Assembly (NCBI RefSeq): GCF_963921235.1
Contig: NC_086108.1
Coordinates: forward strand, 80,726,001 to 80,790,000
Length of the DNA stretch: 64,000 nt
Direction of reading: 5' to 3'
Source of the DNA: Mobula hypostoma
Lineage: Eukaryota
Shown here: one piece after another, positions 25,217 to 39,412 of the stretch
How the letters are laid out: each line of letters begins with the position of its first letter
Position numbering within the stretch: position 1 is the stretch's first letter
Notes under the pieces: generated by a model
What the model saw: only the letters and a program-made list of their open reading frames with translations
Databases searched by the model: none
Told to the model about the DNA's origin: nothing
Program-made: the position numbers and the translations under genes

Positions 25217-26230
25217 AGACCATAAGACATAAGAGCAGAATTAGGCCATTCGGCCCAACAAGTCTACTCTGCCATTTGATCGTGGCTGATATTTTCCCCC
25301 TCTCAACCCTATCTTCCCGCCTTCTCCACATAATCTATGACACCATTACCGATCAAAAGCCTATCAATCTCCTGTTTACCTATCTGCCATGACTTGCCAT
25401 CCACAGCCGTTTGTGACAATGAATTCTAAAACAACAGCAACCTGCATTTGTGCTTCACCACCCTCTGGCTAAAGAAAATTCCTCCTCATCTCTGTTCTAA
25501 AAAAAAATCCTTTTATTCTGAGGCTGTGCTCTCTGATCCTATGCTCTCTCACTACTGAAAATATCCTCTCCCCATCCACTGTATCCAGGCTTTTCAACAG
25601 TGTCTAAGTTTCAAAAGATCCCCACCCATCTCATCCTTCTAAACTCTACTGAGTACAGGTCCAGAGCCATCAAACATTCCTCCACATTAACTCCCTCGTC
25701 TCTCCTCAGGACTCCCTCAAATACCAGTACCTCCTTCTTCGGATATGGGGCCCAAAAATGCTCACAATACGCCAAATGTGGTCTGACCAACACCTCATAA
25801 AGTGTCTGCATTACGTCCTTGGTTTATATACACAGAGAATATGGAATATTCTAGTCCTCTTAAAATGAAAGCCAACTTTGCATTATCTTCCTTATTACCA
25901 ACTCTATCTGCAAGTTAACCTACATAAAATATTGCACTAGGTTTCCCAAGTCCCTTTGCACCTCCAGTTTCTGAATTCGCTACCATTTAGAAAATAGTCC
26001 ACATCTTTTTACCCTCTACCAAACTGCATCACCACGCAACTTCCTTATGCTGGCTTCCATCCACCACTTCTTTGCCCAATCTCCCAACTGTCCAACTCCT
26101 TCTGCAGAATCTTTGCTTCCTCATCACTGCCTTCCCTTTCACCATCCACAAACTCATCCAAAATTATCATTATCATATAATGTAAAGAGTAGGAGACCCA
26201 ATACCAATCCCCAGGGAACACCATTATTTC
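25217..26230 (-). mobile_element. CR1 3' fragment (late RT to tail)
   Basis: LYEVLVRPHLAYCEHFWAPY; reverse tail agaccataagacataag. Confidence 0.88.
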
Positions 26231-26358
26231 AGGTGGTCAACTGGACATACCATGTCTTTCTGACTATAATTTATGAATGCTATGTTTATTAGAGAACCTT
26301 CGCAAAGAATAACAATAAAAGGCTTGTAATTTTTTTACGTGTAACAAGGAGAAAAACA

Positions 26359-27037
26359 CTTCACTTGTGAGTCTGTTGTGGTCATCTATTGCATCCAGTG
26401 CTCCCGGTGCGGCCTCCTCTACATCGGTGAAACCCGACGAAGATAGGGGGACCGCTTCATCGAGCACTTCCGCTCCGTCCGCCAAAACAGACAGGATCTC
26501 CCAGTAGCCACCCACTTCAACTCAGATATAGCTTCCCACTCCCAGTCAGATATGTCCATACATGGCTTCCTCTACTGCCATGATGAGGCTAAACTCAGGT
26601 TGGAGGAGCAACACCTCATATACCGTCTAGGTGGTCTCCAGCCCCTTGGTATGAACATAGAATTCTCCAACTTCCAGTAATTCCCTCCCCCTCCCTTCCC
26701 CTATCCCTATTTCACTCTGCCCCCTCCCCCAGCTGCCTATCACTTCCCTCTTGGTTCCGCCTTCTACTACCCATTGTGTTTTCCCCTATTCTTTCTTCAC
26801 CTTTCCTGCCTATCACCTCCCTGTCTCCCCTCCCCCACCCCTTTATCTTTCCCCTTACTGGTTTTTCACCTGAAACCTACCAGCCTTCTCCTTCCCACTC
26901 TCCCCCCCCCCACCTTCTTTATAGGACCTCTGCCCCTTCCCTCTACAGTCCTGACGAAGGGTTCCAGCCCGAAACGTCGACTCATCGTTTCCACGGATGC
27001 TGCCCGACCTGCTGAGTTCCTCCAGCGTGTTGTAAGT
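26359..27037 (+). mobile_element. Young 5'-truncated Neptune-type PLE (GIY-YIG + pLTR)
   Basis: VIYCIQCSRCGLLYIGETRRR.GDRFIEH; very similar to 54745-55415; flanking duplication gagaaaaaca at 26349-26358 and 27038-27047. Confidence 0.92.
26946..26983 (+). ncRNA. Minimal type-I hammerhead motif, intact core
   Basis: AGUC-CUGACGA-A-GGG(UUCCAG)CCC-GAA-ACGU-C/GACU; predicted cleavage after C26978. Confidence 0.85.
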
Positions 27038-27709
27038 GAGAAAAACAATCACTTTATGGGAACACTTTACCCTATTCCCTCCCCATTAGGTGTTAGTTCT
27101 GCAACCATCACTTAACATATGTTATTAAGAAATTCATTCTTCATACTTGAGTCCTCCCACAGACGGAGTGTGGGAAAAATTACAACCAAGCCCAATACTA
27201 ACCACATGCAAAGTATATTTGCAAGCACCAACAGCAGGGATTTTTAAATAAACATCAGGAGTGGATTTCTTTAAACTGAAGATAATGATTTCAATATTAA
27301 ATCTTGCCATCATTCGAGTTGCTGGTTGGCTTTAAAGAGGCAAAAACAAAATCAAGCCGTGGAGCAGATGTCCTGACTCCTCAGCCAGCTAATCCCATGC
27401 ATTTCCTAAACTCAATGTTCAAATGTGACATTTCACAATGCGCCCAATAAATCTTCCACACATCCCACAGCACAGTATATTGGCAGGAAGTCCCAGGAAT
27501 GGAGATTAAACGCGGGGGAAGGAGAAGGGAGAAAAATCACCTTTGGTAACATGGTTGCAAATAGCAAAAAAAAATTAATAATTTTCACTGTATCTCTTCA
27601 CCAGCTATTGGTACCTCTTCTCATGTCACCTTTTTTCCCTAATCAATGTCATTTGCTGCAAGACGCCTTGGGATGTTTATCTGCCTGAAACTGTAATTGG
27701 TGAAGCCCA

Positions 27710-28980
27710 CAGCTTGTTTTTTATTCTTGTTTTGTGATCTGGGTGTCATTGGCATTTGTTACTCATCCCTGATGACACTGAACCATGTTCTTGATCTGTT
27801 CATGTTCTTGTCACTCTTTGTACATCCAAAATGCTGTCGGTGGGGATTTAGACTGGGTGGTAATGAAAGAATGACATGACATTTCCAACTTGGTACAGTG
27901 TAATTGTGGAAGGGTACCTGCACGGCATGTTATTGATCACTTCGATGGTACATTGTGTCTCTGGGAGGTTTACTGGCATGCTAGTATTACTGGATGAGAG
28001 TGCTGGATGGGCTACTAATCAAGCATCTTCATGTTGAGCTTCTTAAATGTTGTTGCTGCTGTACTCATTTCAGCAGGTGACGACTATTCCAGCAAACTTA
28101 AAAGGCCTTAGGGTATCATGAAGTGAGTTATTTGCTGCAAGATACCTCTGGCCTACCCTTAAAACTGACTATTTATGTAACTAATCCAGTTGTCTTTCTG
28201 AACGATGGTGTCCTCCCCAATACTGATGATAGGAAGCTCACTGATGATCATGCCATTAGTTTAAGGAGTAAAGGTCTACACTCTCACTTACTAGAGACAG
28301 TCAGTGCCAGGCACTTTGAAAGCATCACTGGGACGTGATGTCTATCAGCCATATCTAAATGTTAGTTAGGTTTTGCTGCATGCAGCTTTAATCCAATCGA
28401 TTTACTGGGAAGTTGAAATTGGAATTAAATCAGCAAGAAAGTCACTTGTGACATGATAGAAGGGAAATCATTGATGTTAACAACTGAAGACATTTCCCTG
28501 AGAAACTATTAGTTTTGTCCCGAGGTTCTGATAATTTCCAATTGTTGGAGTCATCTTCCTTTGTGCAAGATATGATTCCAACAATTCATGTGTTTTTCAA
28601 TTATGTTTTTCAAGTTCCAAGGTTTACCAGGGCTCCTTGATATCTTACTCTGTCCAATACTGCCTTAATGTCAAATGGCGTCAATCCCACAGCTTCTCTG
28701 GAATTCAGCTCTTTGGTTTATGTTTGGACCCACACTGTAAAGCTGTCCAACATAAGTGGTCCTACCAAAAGTCAAAGTGTAGGTTATTGAAGAGAAACTA
28801 CTACTTGATTGTACCAATGATAACAACTTCCACTTACAGATAGATAAGAGTCAACTGATTGGGTGTTAATTAGATGTACTGGCTTTGTTCTGCTTTTTGT
28901 GAACAAGACGAACTGAACAATTTTCCACATTCTCGGGTAGATGCTAAAGTTGAACTATGCTGAAATATATTTGCCAGGGA
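27710..28980 (-). mobile_element. Very old degraded LINE (CR1/L2-like)
   Basis: Reverse-strand remnants resembling RT coding sequence; no open frame. Confidence 0.4.
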
Positions 28981-28984
28981 TGAG

Positions 28985-31075
28985 GAGACACAAGACCCTG
29001 TAGATGCTGGAGTCGGGAACAACTAATTGATCTTCTACAGCATGGTTCGAAACCAATTTTTAATGCCATGGACCCTTATCATTGATCAAAGGGTGCATGG
29101 ACCCCAGTTCAGGAGCCCCTGTTCTAGATGAAGTGAGTGAGTTGAGTAGCATCTTCAGGGGGAAAGGAATTGAAGACATTTTGGGTCAAAACACTGCATC
29201 AGGACTTCTTTCCAAACTCAAAAGGATTGAACCAATCATCTTAGGAATCAATAGGTAAGGCAGCAACTACGGAGAGGAATAAACAGTCGATGATTCGAGC
29301 CAAGATCCTTCATTGGGACAGGAAAGAAAATAGGCTCTCTGCCATCATAACAGGGGTAGGGTTCCGCTCATCCTTACAAACCATTCCACAAACCTCCGTA
29401 CCAGTACATTATTCTCCATTATTTCCGCCATCTCCAATGGAATCACTACGCACAACTTTCTCTCCCCTTTCTGCAGGAATTACTCTCTAGGCAACCCCTT
29501 TATCACTCGCCCCTCCCCCGTGATCTACCATCTGACATTTATCCCTGCAAGCGATACAAACGTTACACCTTCCCCTACATTTCCTCCATCACTTCCATTC
29601 AAGGATCCAAATAGTCCTTCCACCTGATGTGACACTTCACCTGCAAGTCAGTCTATTGTATCTGGTGCTCCAAGTGCAGCCTCTTTTATATCGGTGAGAC
29701 CCAACGTAGACTGGGAGACCACTTTGTTGAGTACCTTTGCTCCACCTGCCACAAAATACAGGATCTCCTGGTTGCCACCATTTCAGTTGACTTCCTATTC
29801 TGACAAGTTGGCATGCCTTTCTCTATTACCACAATGAAGCCATACTCCAACTGAAGGAAAACACCTCATATTCTGTATAGGACCTAGAGGCTACCAAGGG
29901 AAGAAGGAGGGGATGGGCAGGTGAGAATAACAGGAGTTTATGTTATCGGTTCAGGCTACATAGCATAACATAAACATTGACTTCTTTAACTTCTAGTAAC
30001 TTCTTTCCCTTCCCCTTCTCTCTTTTTCCATTCCCCATTCTGGGTACCCTCTCACCCCTTCACTTCTTCTCACTTGCCCATCCCCTTCTTCTTCCCTTTC
30101 TTTCATGTCCATTCTCCTCTCCTATCAGATTCCATCTTCTTCAATCTTTTCCTTTCCCACCTATCACCTCCCAGCTTTTCATTTCATCACCCCCTCCCCC
30201 TGCCTACTCCACCCACCTACCTTCCCCTTCACCTGGCTCCATCACTCACCTTCCAGCTTGTACTCCTTCCCCATCTTCTGATTCTGGCTTCTTTCCCCTT
30301 CCTTTCCAGTCTGTCACAGAGAGGTCAGGAGAAGAGATGACAAAGATGAGCTCCTTCCACTGGGTTTCTATGTGCTTGCTAAGGACTACAAGGTGCTCAG
30401 TGACATCCTGAATGCTTCTCCTCCATTTTGATTTGTCCTCTCTATAGATGCTGTCTAGCCTGCTGAGTTCCTCCAGCATCTTACGTGTGTTACGCTTTTT
30501 CCATTCCCCATTCTGGTTCCCTTCTCTTCTCCTCCCCTGCCTTTGTCTTCCCATTGGTGCGCCTCTTTCTTCCATGGTCCACTGTTTTTTCCTATTAGAT
30601 TCCTTCTTGTTCAGCAGATTAATTCTTCCACCTATCACCTCCCACCTTCTTACTCATCACCCTTACCCTGCCCACCCACCTTCCCCCTCACCTGGTCTCA
30701 CCTATCACATGCCAGCTTGTACTCCTTCCCCTCCCTCCATTTTCTAACTCTGACCTTGCCCCCCTTCATTTCCAGTCCTAATGAAAAGTCTCAGCCCAAA
30801 ACATTGACAATTTATTCCCTTCCATAGATTCTACCTGACCTGCTGAGTTACTCCAGCATTTTGTGTGTGTTGCTCAAGGTTTCAGGTCATTAATTTTTCA
30901 TCAAAATGCTGAAGATGAGTCAACTCTTCAATAGAAAAGAGTTAATATTTCAGGTCAATGACCTGAAATTCTGTTTCTGTTTCTCCCTCCAAGGATGCCA
31001 GCACGTCTGCTGAGTATTTTCAGCATCTTCAAGTTTTCTTTCAAATTTCTAACATCTGCAGCTTTTTGCCTTCAA
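28985..31075. mobile_element. Cluster of degraded PLE pieces (minus tails 28985-29330; plus GIY-YIG and pLTRs 29350-30880)
   Basis: GIY-YIG remnant tgcagcctcttttatatcggtgagacc; degenerate HHR motifs near 29170 (-), 29284 (-) and 30773 (+). Confidence 0.75.
29041..29121. mobile_element. Diverged ~80-bp hAT (Charlie-like) MITE inside a pLTR tail
   Basis: Reverse-complement homologue of 45651-45729; imperfect 8-bp TSD ttctacag / ttctagat. Confidence 0.7.
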
Positions 31076-31225
31076 CCATACAGAAAACCATTAAATTTGG
31101 CAGTTCAGGAAGTTCACTGTCAAAACCACTGATACAGAATTAAATGGGGCTTTTGAAGTATTGGTTCTTCTGCTAATGAGGAAATTGTTTAAGACAATAC
31201 ATACGAGCTTCTAGCCAATCCCTTA

Positions 31226-34200
31226 AGACCATAAGCCATAGCAGAATTAGGACATATGGCCCATCCAGTCTGCTCCGCCATTCAATCATGGCTGATCCTT
31301 TTTTATTCTCCTCCTCAACCCCAGTTCCTGGCCTTCTCCCCATAACCTTTGATGCCATGTCCAATCAAGAATCTATCAATCTCTGCCTTAAATACACCCA
31401 ACGACCTGGCTTCCACAGCTGCATGTGGAACAAATTCCACAAATTCACCACCCTTTGGCTAAAGAAATTTCTCCACAACTCTGTTCTGAAAAGGTGCTGC
31501 TCTATCCTGAGGCTGTATCCTCTTGTCCTAGACTCTCCCACCATGGGAAACATCTTTTCCACATCTATTCTGTCTAGGCCTTCCAACATTCGAAAGGTTT
31601 CAATGAGATCCCCCCCTCATCCCTGGAAATTCCAGTGAGTACAGATGCAGAGCCATCAAATGTTCCTTATATGAGAACCCTATCATTTCTGGAATCATCC
31701 TTGTGAACCTCCTCTGGACCATCTCCAATGCCACCACATTTCTTCTAAGATGAGGAGCCCAAAACTGTTCACAATACTCAAGGTGAGGCCTCACTAGTGC
31801 CTTATGAAGCCTCAGAATAACATCCCTGGTCTTGTATTCTAGACCTCTTGAAATGAATGCTAGCATTCCATTTGCCTTCCTCACCACTGACACTACCTGC
31901 AGGTTACCCTTTAGGTTGTTCTGCACAAGGACTCCCAAGTCCCTTTGTATCACAGATTTTTGGATTTTCTCCCCATTTAGGAAATAGCCTGCACATTTAT
32001 TTCTACTACCCAAGTGCATGACTGTGCATTTTCCAACATTGTATTTCATTTGCCACTCTCTTGCCCATTCTCCAAACCTGTCTAAGTCCTTCTGCAGCCA
32101 AACTGTTTCCTCAACACTACCTGCACCTCCAACAATCTTTCTATCATCTGCAAAACTGGCAACAAAGTCATCTATTACATCATCTAAATCATTAACATAC
32201 AGTATAAAAAGCAGTCCCAACACTGACCCTGCGGAACACCTCTAGTCACTGGCTGCCAACCAGAAAAGCATCCTTTTATTCCCACTTGCTGTCTCCTACC
32301 AATCAGCCAGTGCTCTAATCATGCTAGCAACTGTCCTGTAATACCATGGACTCCTACCTTGGTAAGCAGCCTCATGTGAGGCACCTTGTCAAAGGCCTTC
32401 TAAGAGTCCAAATATACAATATCCACTGTATCCCCTTTATCTATCCTACGTGTAATCTTCACAAAGAATTCCAACAGGTTCGTCAGGCAAGATTTTCCCC
32501 AAGGAAACCATGCTGACTTTCTCCTATCTTGTCCTGTGTCACCAAGAACTCCATAACCTCATCCTTAACAATTGACTCCAACATCTTCCCAATCACTGAG
32601 GTCAGGTTACCTGGTCTATAATTTCCTTTCTGCTGCCTTCCTCCTTTCTTAAAGAGTGGAGTGTCATTTGCAATTTTCCCATCATGTGACACCATACCAG
32701 AGTCCAATGATTTTTGAAAGATCATTACTAATGTCTCCACAATCTCAACTGCTATCTTTTTCAGAACCCTAGGATACAGTTCATCTGGTCCGGCTGACTT
32801 ACGTACCTTTAGGTCTTTGAGCACCTTCTCCCTTGTAATAGTAACTGCACTCACTTCTCTTCACTCACATCCTTCAACATCTGGCACACTGCTAGTGTTT
32901 TCCACAGCGAAGAATGATGCAAAATACTCATTTAGTTCATCTGCCATCTCCTTGTCCCCCATTATTATTTCTTCAGCCTCATTTTCCAGCAGTCCTATAT
33001 CCACTTCCAGCTCTCTTTCATTTTTTTACAACTTGAAAAAACTTTTACCATACACTTTGATATTGTTTGCTAGCTTGTTTTCATATTTTATCTTTTCCCT
33101 CCTAATGACTCTTTTAGTTGCTTTCTATAGGTTCTTAAAAGCTCCCAATCCTCTGTCTTCCCATTAATTTTTGCTTTGCTGTTTGCCCTCTCTTTTGCTT
33201 TTACGTTAGCTTTGATTTCCCTTGTCAGCCACGGTTGTACTATTTTGCCATTTGAGTATTTCTGTGTTTTTGGAATACATCTATCCTGCACCTTCCTCAT
33301 TTTTCCCAGAAACTCACGCCATTGCTGCTCTGCTGTCATTCCTGCCAGCATCTCCTTCCAATTTACTTTGGCCAGCTCCTCTCTCCTACCACTGTAATTT
33401 CCTTTACTCCACTAAAATACTGCTACATCAGACTTTACTCTCTCCCTATCAATTTTCAAGTTGATCTCAATCATATTGTGATCACTGCCTCCTCAGTGTT
33501 CTTTTACCTTAAGCTCCCTAATCACCTCCAGCTCTTAGTTAACACCCAATCCAGTAAAGATGATTCCTAGTAGGCTCAATGACAAACTGCTGTAAAAAGC
33601 CATCTTGTAGGCATTCAACAAATTCGCTCTCTCGAGATCTATTACCAACCTGATTTTCCCAATTAACGTGTATGTTGAAATCTCCCACAACTATCATAAC
33701 ATTGCCCTTTTGACATGCCTTTTCTTTTTCCCGTTGTAATCTGTGGTCCACATCCCAGCTACTATTGGGAGTCCTGTATACAACTGCCATCAGGTTCCTT
33801 TTACCTTTGCAGTTTCTTAACGCAACCCTCAGGATTCAACATCTTCCCATCCTATGTCACATCTTTCTACTGATTTGATGCCATTCTTTACCAGCAGTTC
33901 CACGCCACTCCCTCTGCCTACCTTCCTATTCTTTCGAAACAACGTGTAACGTTGGACATTCAGCTCCCAACGATTCACTTCAGCCACGAATAAGTGATGG
34001 CCACGACATCAAACCTGACAATCTGTAATAGTGCAACAAGATCATCCACCTGATTTCTTATACTTCGTGCATTGAGATATAACTCCTTGAGTATTGTATT
34101 TGCTACCCTTTTTGATTCTGCACTGCTAATGCACTGATACTCACCCTGCTGGCTGCAATTTTGTCCTATCATCTGCCTGCCCTTCCTGACAGTCTGACTG

Positions 34201-34465
34201 CATGCTATCTTTGCTTTTTTACCATCCATCCTATCCTGAGTCCCTTCACTCCGGTTCCCACCCATGCTCGCCAAATTAGTTTAAACCCCCCCCCCCCAAC
34301 AGCTCTAACAAACCTGTCCGTGAGAATATTGGTTCCCCTCAGGTTCAGGAGCCACCCGTCACTTTTGAACAGGTCATACCTCCCCCAGAAGAGATCCCAA
34401 TGATCCAAGAACCTGAAGCCCTGCCCCATGCACCAACTTCTCCGCCACGCATTGATCTGCCAAAT
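31226..34465 (-). mobile_element. CR1 LINE (end of ORF1, whole ORF2 span, 3' tail), disrupted
   Basis: YLNARSIRN, VYRTPN, VGDFN, NYRP.NLTSV, QHGF, FADD, LVRPHLEYC, RVVNLWN in successive minus-strand ORFs. Confidence 0.95.
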
Positions 34466-37262
34466 CACCCCCTTTAAGTTTTAGAAGAGTGCAATTTTTC
34501 AGTGAGGTAACAAAAGGTACAAACCCTCCAAAGTATTCTGCTTCTAGTAATAAGAACAAAATAAGCCAGCAACAGTCCAGGGTTGGTGTCTTGAGCTGCA
34601 CCCAAATCAGATATCAGATTCATTATACGTACCACCAATCACTTTTAGGGGATTCAGGGCAATACTCTCAGCAAACTTAAATCTCAGTGGGCTCTGCAAA
34701 CCCCACCTACAAAGTAATCCCCCAGAGTCAGTGAGGAATAAATGATATTCACAGTTTTCAAGATTCATTGCTGCTTCTGGAACCTATCCAGCAAAAATTA
34801 AGTATTTACTGCTGTACCAAATAAATCACTCAAAGTATGATTCAGTCATTTATTTGATACAGCATTGTATGATGAACACACATACAGTTGAAGATGTGGA
34901 ATCGTATCCAATCAAACTATCTGCACTGCCACAGAACTTTTAATTGTGACTTTAGCTTAGGTTGAAAGGTCACTAATATTAAATTCATACCAAAAAAGAT
35001 GTCTGGGTCTGCCAAATATGCTTCCCGGCAGCATATCAGCTGTCTTACAGTTAGTAATGAAGAGTATAAATGTTGCAAGGTCAATTTGTTTATGGCAGGG
35101 AAACATGCTTAGTGTAAGCTGAGATGTGGAGTGTGAGAACAAGTAGAATACTGTATCATTTTTGATGATGTAGACTTAAAAACATCTACTCACACCACTT
35201 GTCACAGTTCTATTTCTCAAATAACCCACACATTCCAACTAACTTGCTTCTTTCGTTAATTTACAAACTCTCTTTATCATCAGCCTCCACCCTAGCCATG
35301 CCATTCCTCTCAGATTTCCCCTGGTCTATCGGATTACTTTCCTCCTTACTGTAAGGGATGCCCAGAATTTCCTGCGAGAGTATGATATAAATACCAGTTG
35401 CTGTCGTTGACCACATTGCATTAAACGATTGGCCATATAACTGGAACCGTATTGAGAAACAATAAGCAGTAGACATTCAGGAAATGCAAGCATCAGAAAA
35501 TAATTCCCAATTGAGAGCATTTTATCCAGATAGTTTCCATCTGACAAATATACACTGTTTCTACTGTGAAAGGCACACAACTATTTATTTAAGTTAATGT
35601 CGTCAGATAATAATCACAGGTTATCAAAGAAAATTCCCTCAAACACTACAGGCAATCAACTAGAAACTCAAGGGTGTCATTATAATCTACACTATTCAGC
35701 CCTTACTTGATGCAATGCACAGATGGCTATACCAGATTGCCCAGATTATGGTCAACACATTCAAAGTATCTGATCATCTTTCTTTCTCTCTCCTCTCTCG
35801 CCATCCTTCAGCATAACAATAATAACCAGACACTAATCCATTTTCTTTTTAAGAAGATAGTTCATGGACAGAACATAAAATAGTTTTTGACTGGAAACTA
35901 TTTCACAGATGTTCCCCACAGAAATCTAATTTCACATCTTGCTTAATGCTTGCCAAATGTTCCTATGCCATTTACTTGTGAACTATTTTTAGAATGTAAC
36001 ACATTAAAAGAAATAATGAGCCAGGAAAGAGCAGCATATTATTTTTCTGTGAATTTCTCCTTTCTAACCAGATGAGTCAATTATTATGTTTAAACAGGAA
36101 AGCTTAGAAATAAAACTGCTAGACCTATGAAGCTGCATTATATTTTACAATACATAGCAGCGGGATGACTAGGTAGAGTTTGTACTTCTCAATGTGAATT
36201 GTCAATCTCCACTACGTGCATTTGTCAGACTCACAGTGGGCAGACAGCAGCCATTATAAGGAAATTTTTCCATTATACTACTGCAAAAGTATTGCACTGG
36301 TAGTACAGTTCTATAATCTCAGAAGTTGCTTTGTAAATGCAAATTCTTCTGTGGGTGGGCCTCTGCAAACATTCTTTCAATCACTACAGGTATGGGGAGA
36401 GTTAAGAACTCAAAGGAAGAAGAAACACTGGCATAGAAGGATATATGATATTTTTCATTATCACTATTAAGATTCTTACAACAGTTCTTTTTCTCATGAC
36501 TTATTTTGTAAATGCATAACTAGCTACTCTCCTGTATTATAATATCCACAATGTTTTATCTCGAGATAATCCTGTTAATCTCTTGAAAATCTTGGAATGG
36601 ATTTATGCCATCATTTATCATTCAATATGGCATTATCATCTGTCAGTTACATAGACTTGACAACTGTACTTTGGTAGAAAGTATTAGAATGAATGAATTG
36701 TTGGGGCAGAAATTTGTTTTGCTCCAATCTTCAAATTGAACTTCCTCTAGAATTTTTTGTAATGTTATAAATATACATTCCTAATCATTATATAGAGAAG
36801 TATGTTCATAATATCTGAGGCTGACATTTCAATGTTGTACTGAGTGAACACCGCTCTCTTAGAGATGACACAATAGATTGTGCTAACCAAATTTGTGGGC
36901 CTGAAGATAGGTAAGCCCCTTGGTCCTTGATGGAATGCATCCCAGCGTACTCAAAGAAATGGCAGAAGTTATAGTTGAAGCCTTGGCGATATTTTACCAA
37001 AATTCTCTGGACCCTGGGCAGGTCTCAGCAGACTGGAAGACGGCAAATATCACGCCACTGTTCAAAAAAGGATATAGGCAAAAGACAGGTAACTACAGGC
37101 CAGTTAGTTTAACATCTGTAGTTGGGAAAATGCTTGAAACTATCACTAAAGAAGAAATAGCGAGGCATCTGGAAAGAAATGGATCCATCAGGCAGACGCA
37201 GCATAGATTCAACAATGGCAGGTCATGTTTGACAAACTTACTGGAGTTCTTGGAGGATATAA

Positions 37263-38411
37263 TACCATCAGCATTTAATACCATCATTCCCACAATCCTG
37301 ATTGAGAAGTTGCAGAACCAGGGCCTCTGTACCTCCCTCTGCAATTGGATCCTCAACTTCCTAACCGGAAGACCACAATCTGTGCAGATTGGTGATAACA
37401 TCTCCTCCTTGCTGACGATCAACACTGGTGCACCTCAGGGGTGTGTGCTTAGCCCACTGCTCTACTCTCTATACACCCATGCCTGAGTGGTTAAGCATAG
37501 CTCAAGTACCATCTATAAATTTGCTGATGATACATCCATTGTTGGTAGAATATCAGGTGGTAAAGAGAGAGTGTACAGGTGTGAGATATGCCAACTGGTG
37601 GAGTGGTGCCTCAGCAACAAACTGGCACTCAATGTCAGTAAGACAAAAGAGCTGATTGTGGCCTTCAGGAAGGGTAAGGCAAAGGAACACAAACTAATCC
37701 TCATAGAGGGATCAGAAGTGGCGAGAGTGAGCAGCTTGAAGTCCCTGGGTGTCAAGATCTCTGAGGTCCCAATGCAGTTATAAAGAAGGGAAGACAGCAG
37801 CTCTCCTTTATTGGGAGTTTGAAGAGATTTGGTATGTCAACAAATGCACTCAAAAACTTCTATAGTTGTACCGTGGAGAGCATTCTGACAGGCTGCATCA
37901 CTGTCTGGTATGGAGGGGCTACTGCACAGGACCGAAATAAGCTGCAGAGGGTTGTAAATCTAGTCAGCTCCATCTTGGGTACTAGCCTACAAAGTACCCA
38001 TGACATCTTCAGGGGGCAGTGTCTCAGAAAGGCAGCGCCCTTTATGAAGGACCTCCAGCACCCAGAAAATGCCCTTTTCTCACTGTTACCATCAGGTAGG
38101 AGAGACCGGAGCCTGAAGGCTCACACTCAGCGATTCAGGAACAGCTTCTCTCCCTCTGCCATTAAACCCTTGGACATTGAACCCTTGGACACTACCCCAC
38201 TTTTTTAAAAGCATTTCTGTTTCTTGCACGATTTTTAATTTATTCAGTATATGCATACTGTATAAAGTATACCGAACAAGATTTACTTATTTATTTATTA
38301 TTATTGTTATTTTATTTTTTTTCCTCTCTATTATGTATTGCATTGAACTGCTGCTACTAAGTTAACAAATTTCACATCACATGCCGGTGATAATACACCT
38401 GATTCTGATTC
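37263..38411 (+). mobile_element. Rex/Babar-like LINE, 5'-truncated, (GATTCT)n tail
   Basis: SAFNTIIP, NTGAPQGCVLSPLLYSLYTH, KFADDT, VESILTGCITVWYG, LPSGRR; TSD tataa at 37258-37262 and 38412-38416. Confidence 0.92.
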
Positions 38412-39412
38412 TATAACAAGCGCAGTGGATAGAGTGGAACAGATGGACGTTATTTACTTGGATTTCCGGAAGGCGTTCAATAAGGTGCCGCATAAAAGAC
38501 TTACCCATAAGATAAGGAGGCATAGAATTGGGAGTGATGTGTTAGCATGGATAGAGGATTGGTTAACTGATAGAAGGCCGAGAGTTGGGATACATGGGAG
38601 TTACTCTGGTTGGCAATCAGTGGTGAGCAATGTGCCGCAGGGGTCGGTGCTGGGCACTCAATTGGTCATAAAATCCATTAACAATCTGGAAGAGGGGACT
38701 AAGTGTAGTGTGTCTAAGTTTGCTGATGACACTAAATTAAGTAGAAAAGCAAATTGTGCAGAAGATACAGAAAGTCTGCAAAGAGATATAGATAGGTTAA
38801 GTGAGTGGGCAAGGGTCTGGCAGATGGAGTACACTGTTGGTAAATGCGAGTTCATCCATCTTGTAAGGAAAAATGGAAGAGCAGATTATTATTTAAATGG
38901 TAAAAAATTGCAGCATGCTGCTGTGCAGAGGGACTTGGGAGTGCTTGTGTATGAATCACAAAAGGTTGGTTTGCAGGTGCAGCAGGCTGTCAAGAAGGCA
39001 AATGGAATGTTGGCCTCCATTGCTCGAGGGACTGAGTTTAAGAGCAGGGAGGTTATGCTGCAACTGTACAGGGTACTGATGAGGCCGCACCTGGAGTACT
39101 GCGGGCAGTTTTGGTCTCCTTACTTGAGGAAGAATATACTGGCTTTGGAGGCGGTGCAGAGGAGGTTCACCAGGTTGATTCCAGAGATGAGGGGATTAGA
39201 CTATCAGGAGAGGTTGAGTCTCCTGGGACTGTACTCGCTGGAATTCAGAAGAATGAGAGGAGATCTTATAGAAACATTAAGTTTTGAAAGGGATAGATAA
39301 GATAGAGGCAGGAAAGTTGTTTCTACAGGTAGGTGAGACTAGAACTAGGGGAGATAGCCTCAAAATTCCGGGGAGTAGACTTAGGACAGAGTTGAGGAAG
39401 AACTGCTTTTCC

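Noticed and set aside
36920..37486. 188-aa chimeric RT ORF as a functional new gene
   Set aside because: Explained by a TSD-flanked nested insertion; lacks the first catalytic Asp motif and stops before the FADD motif.
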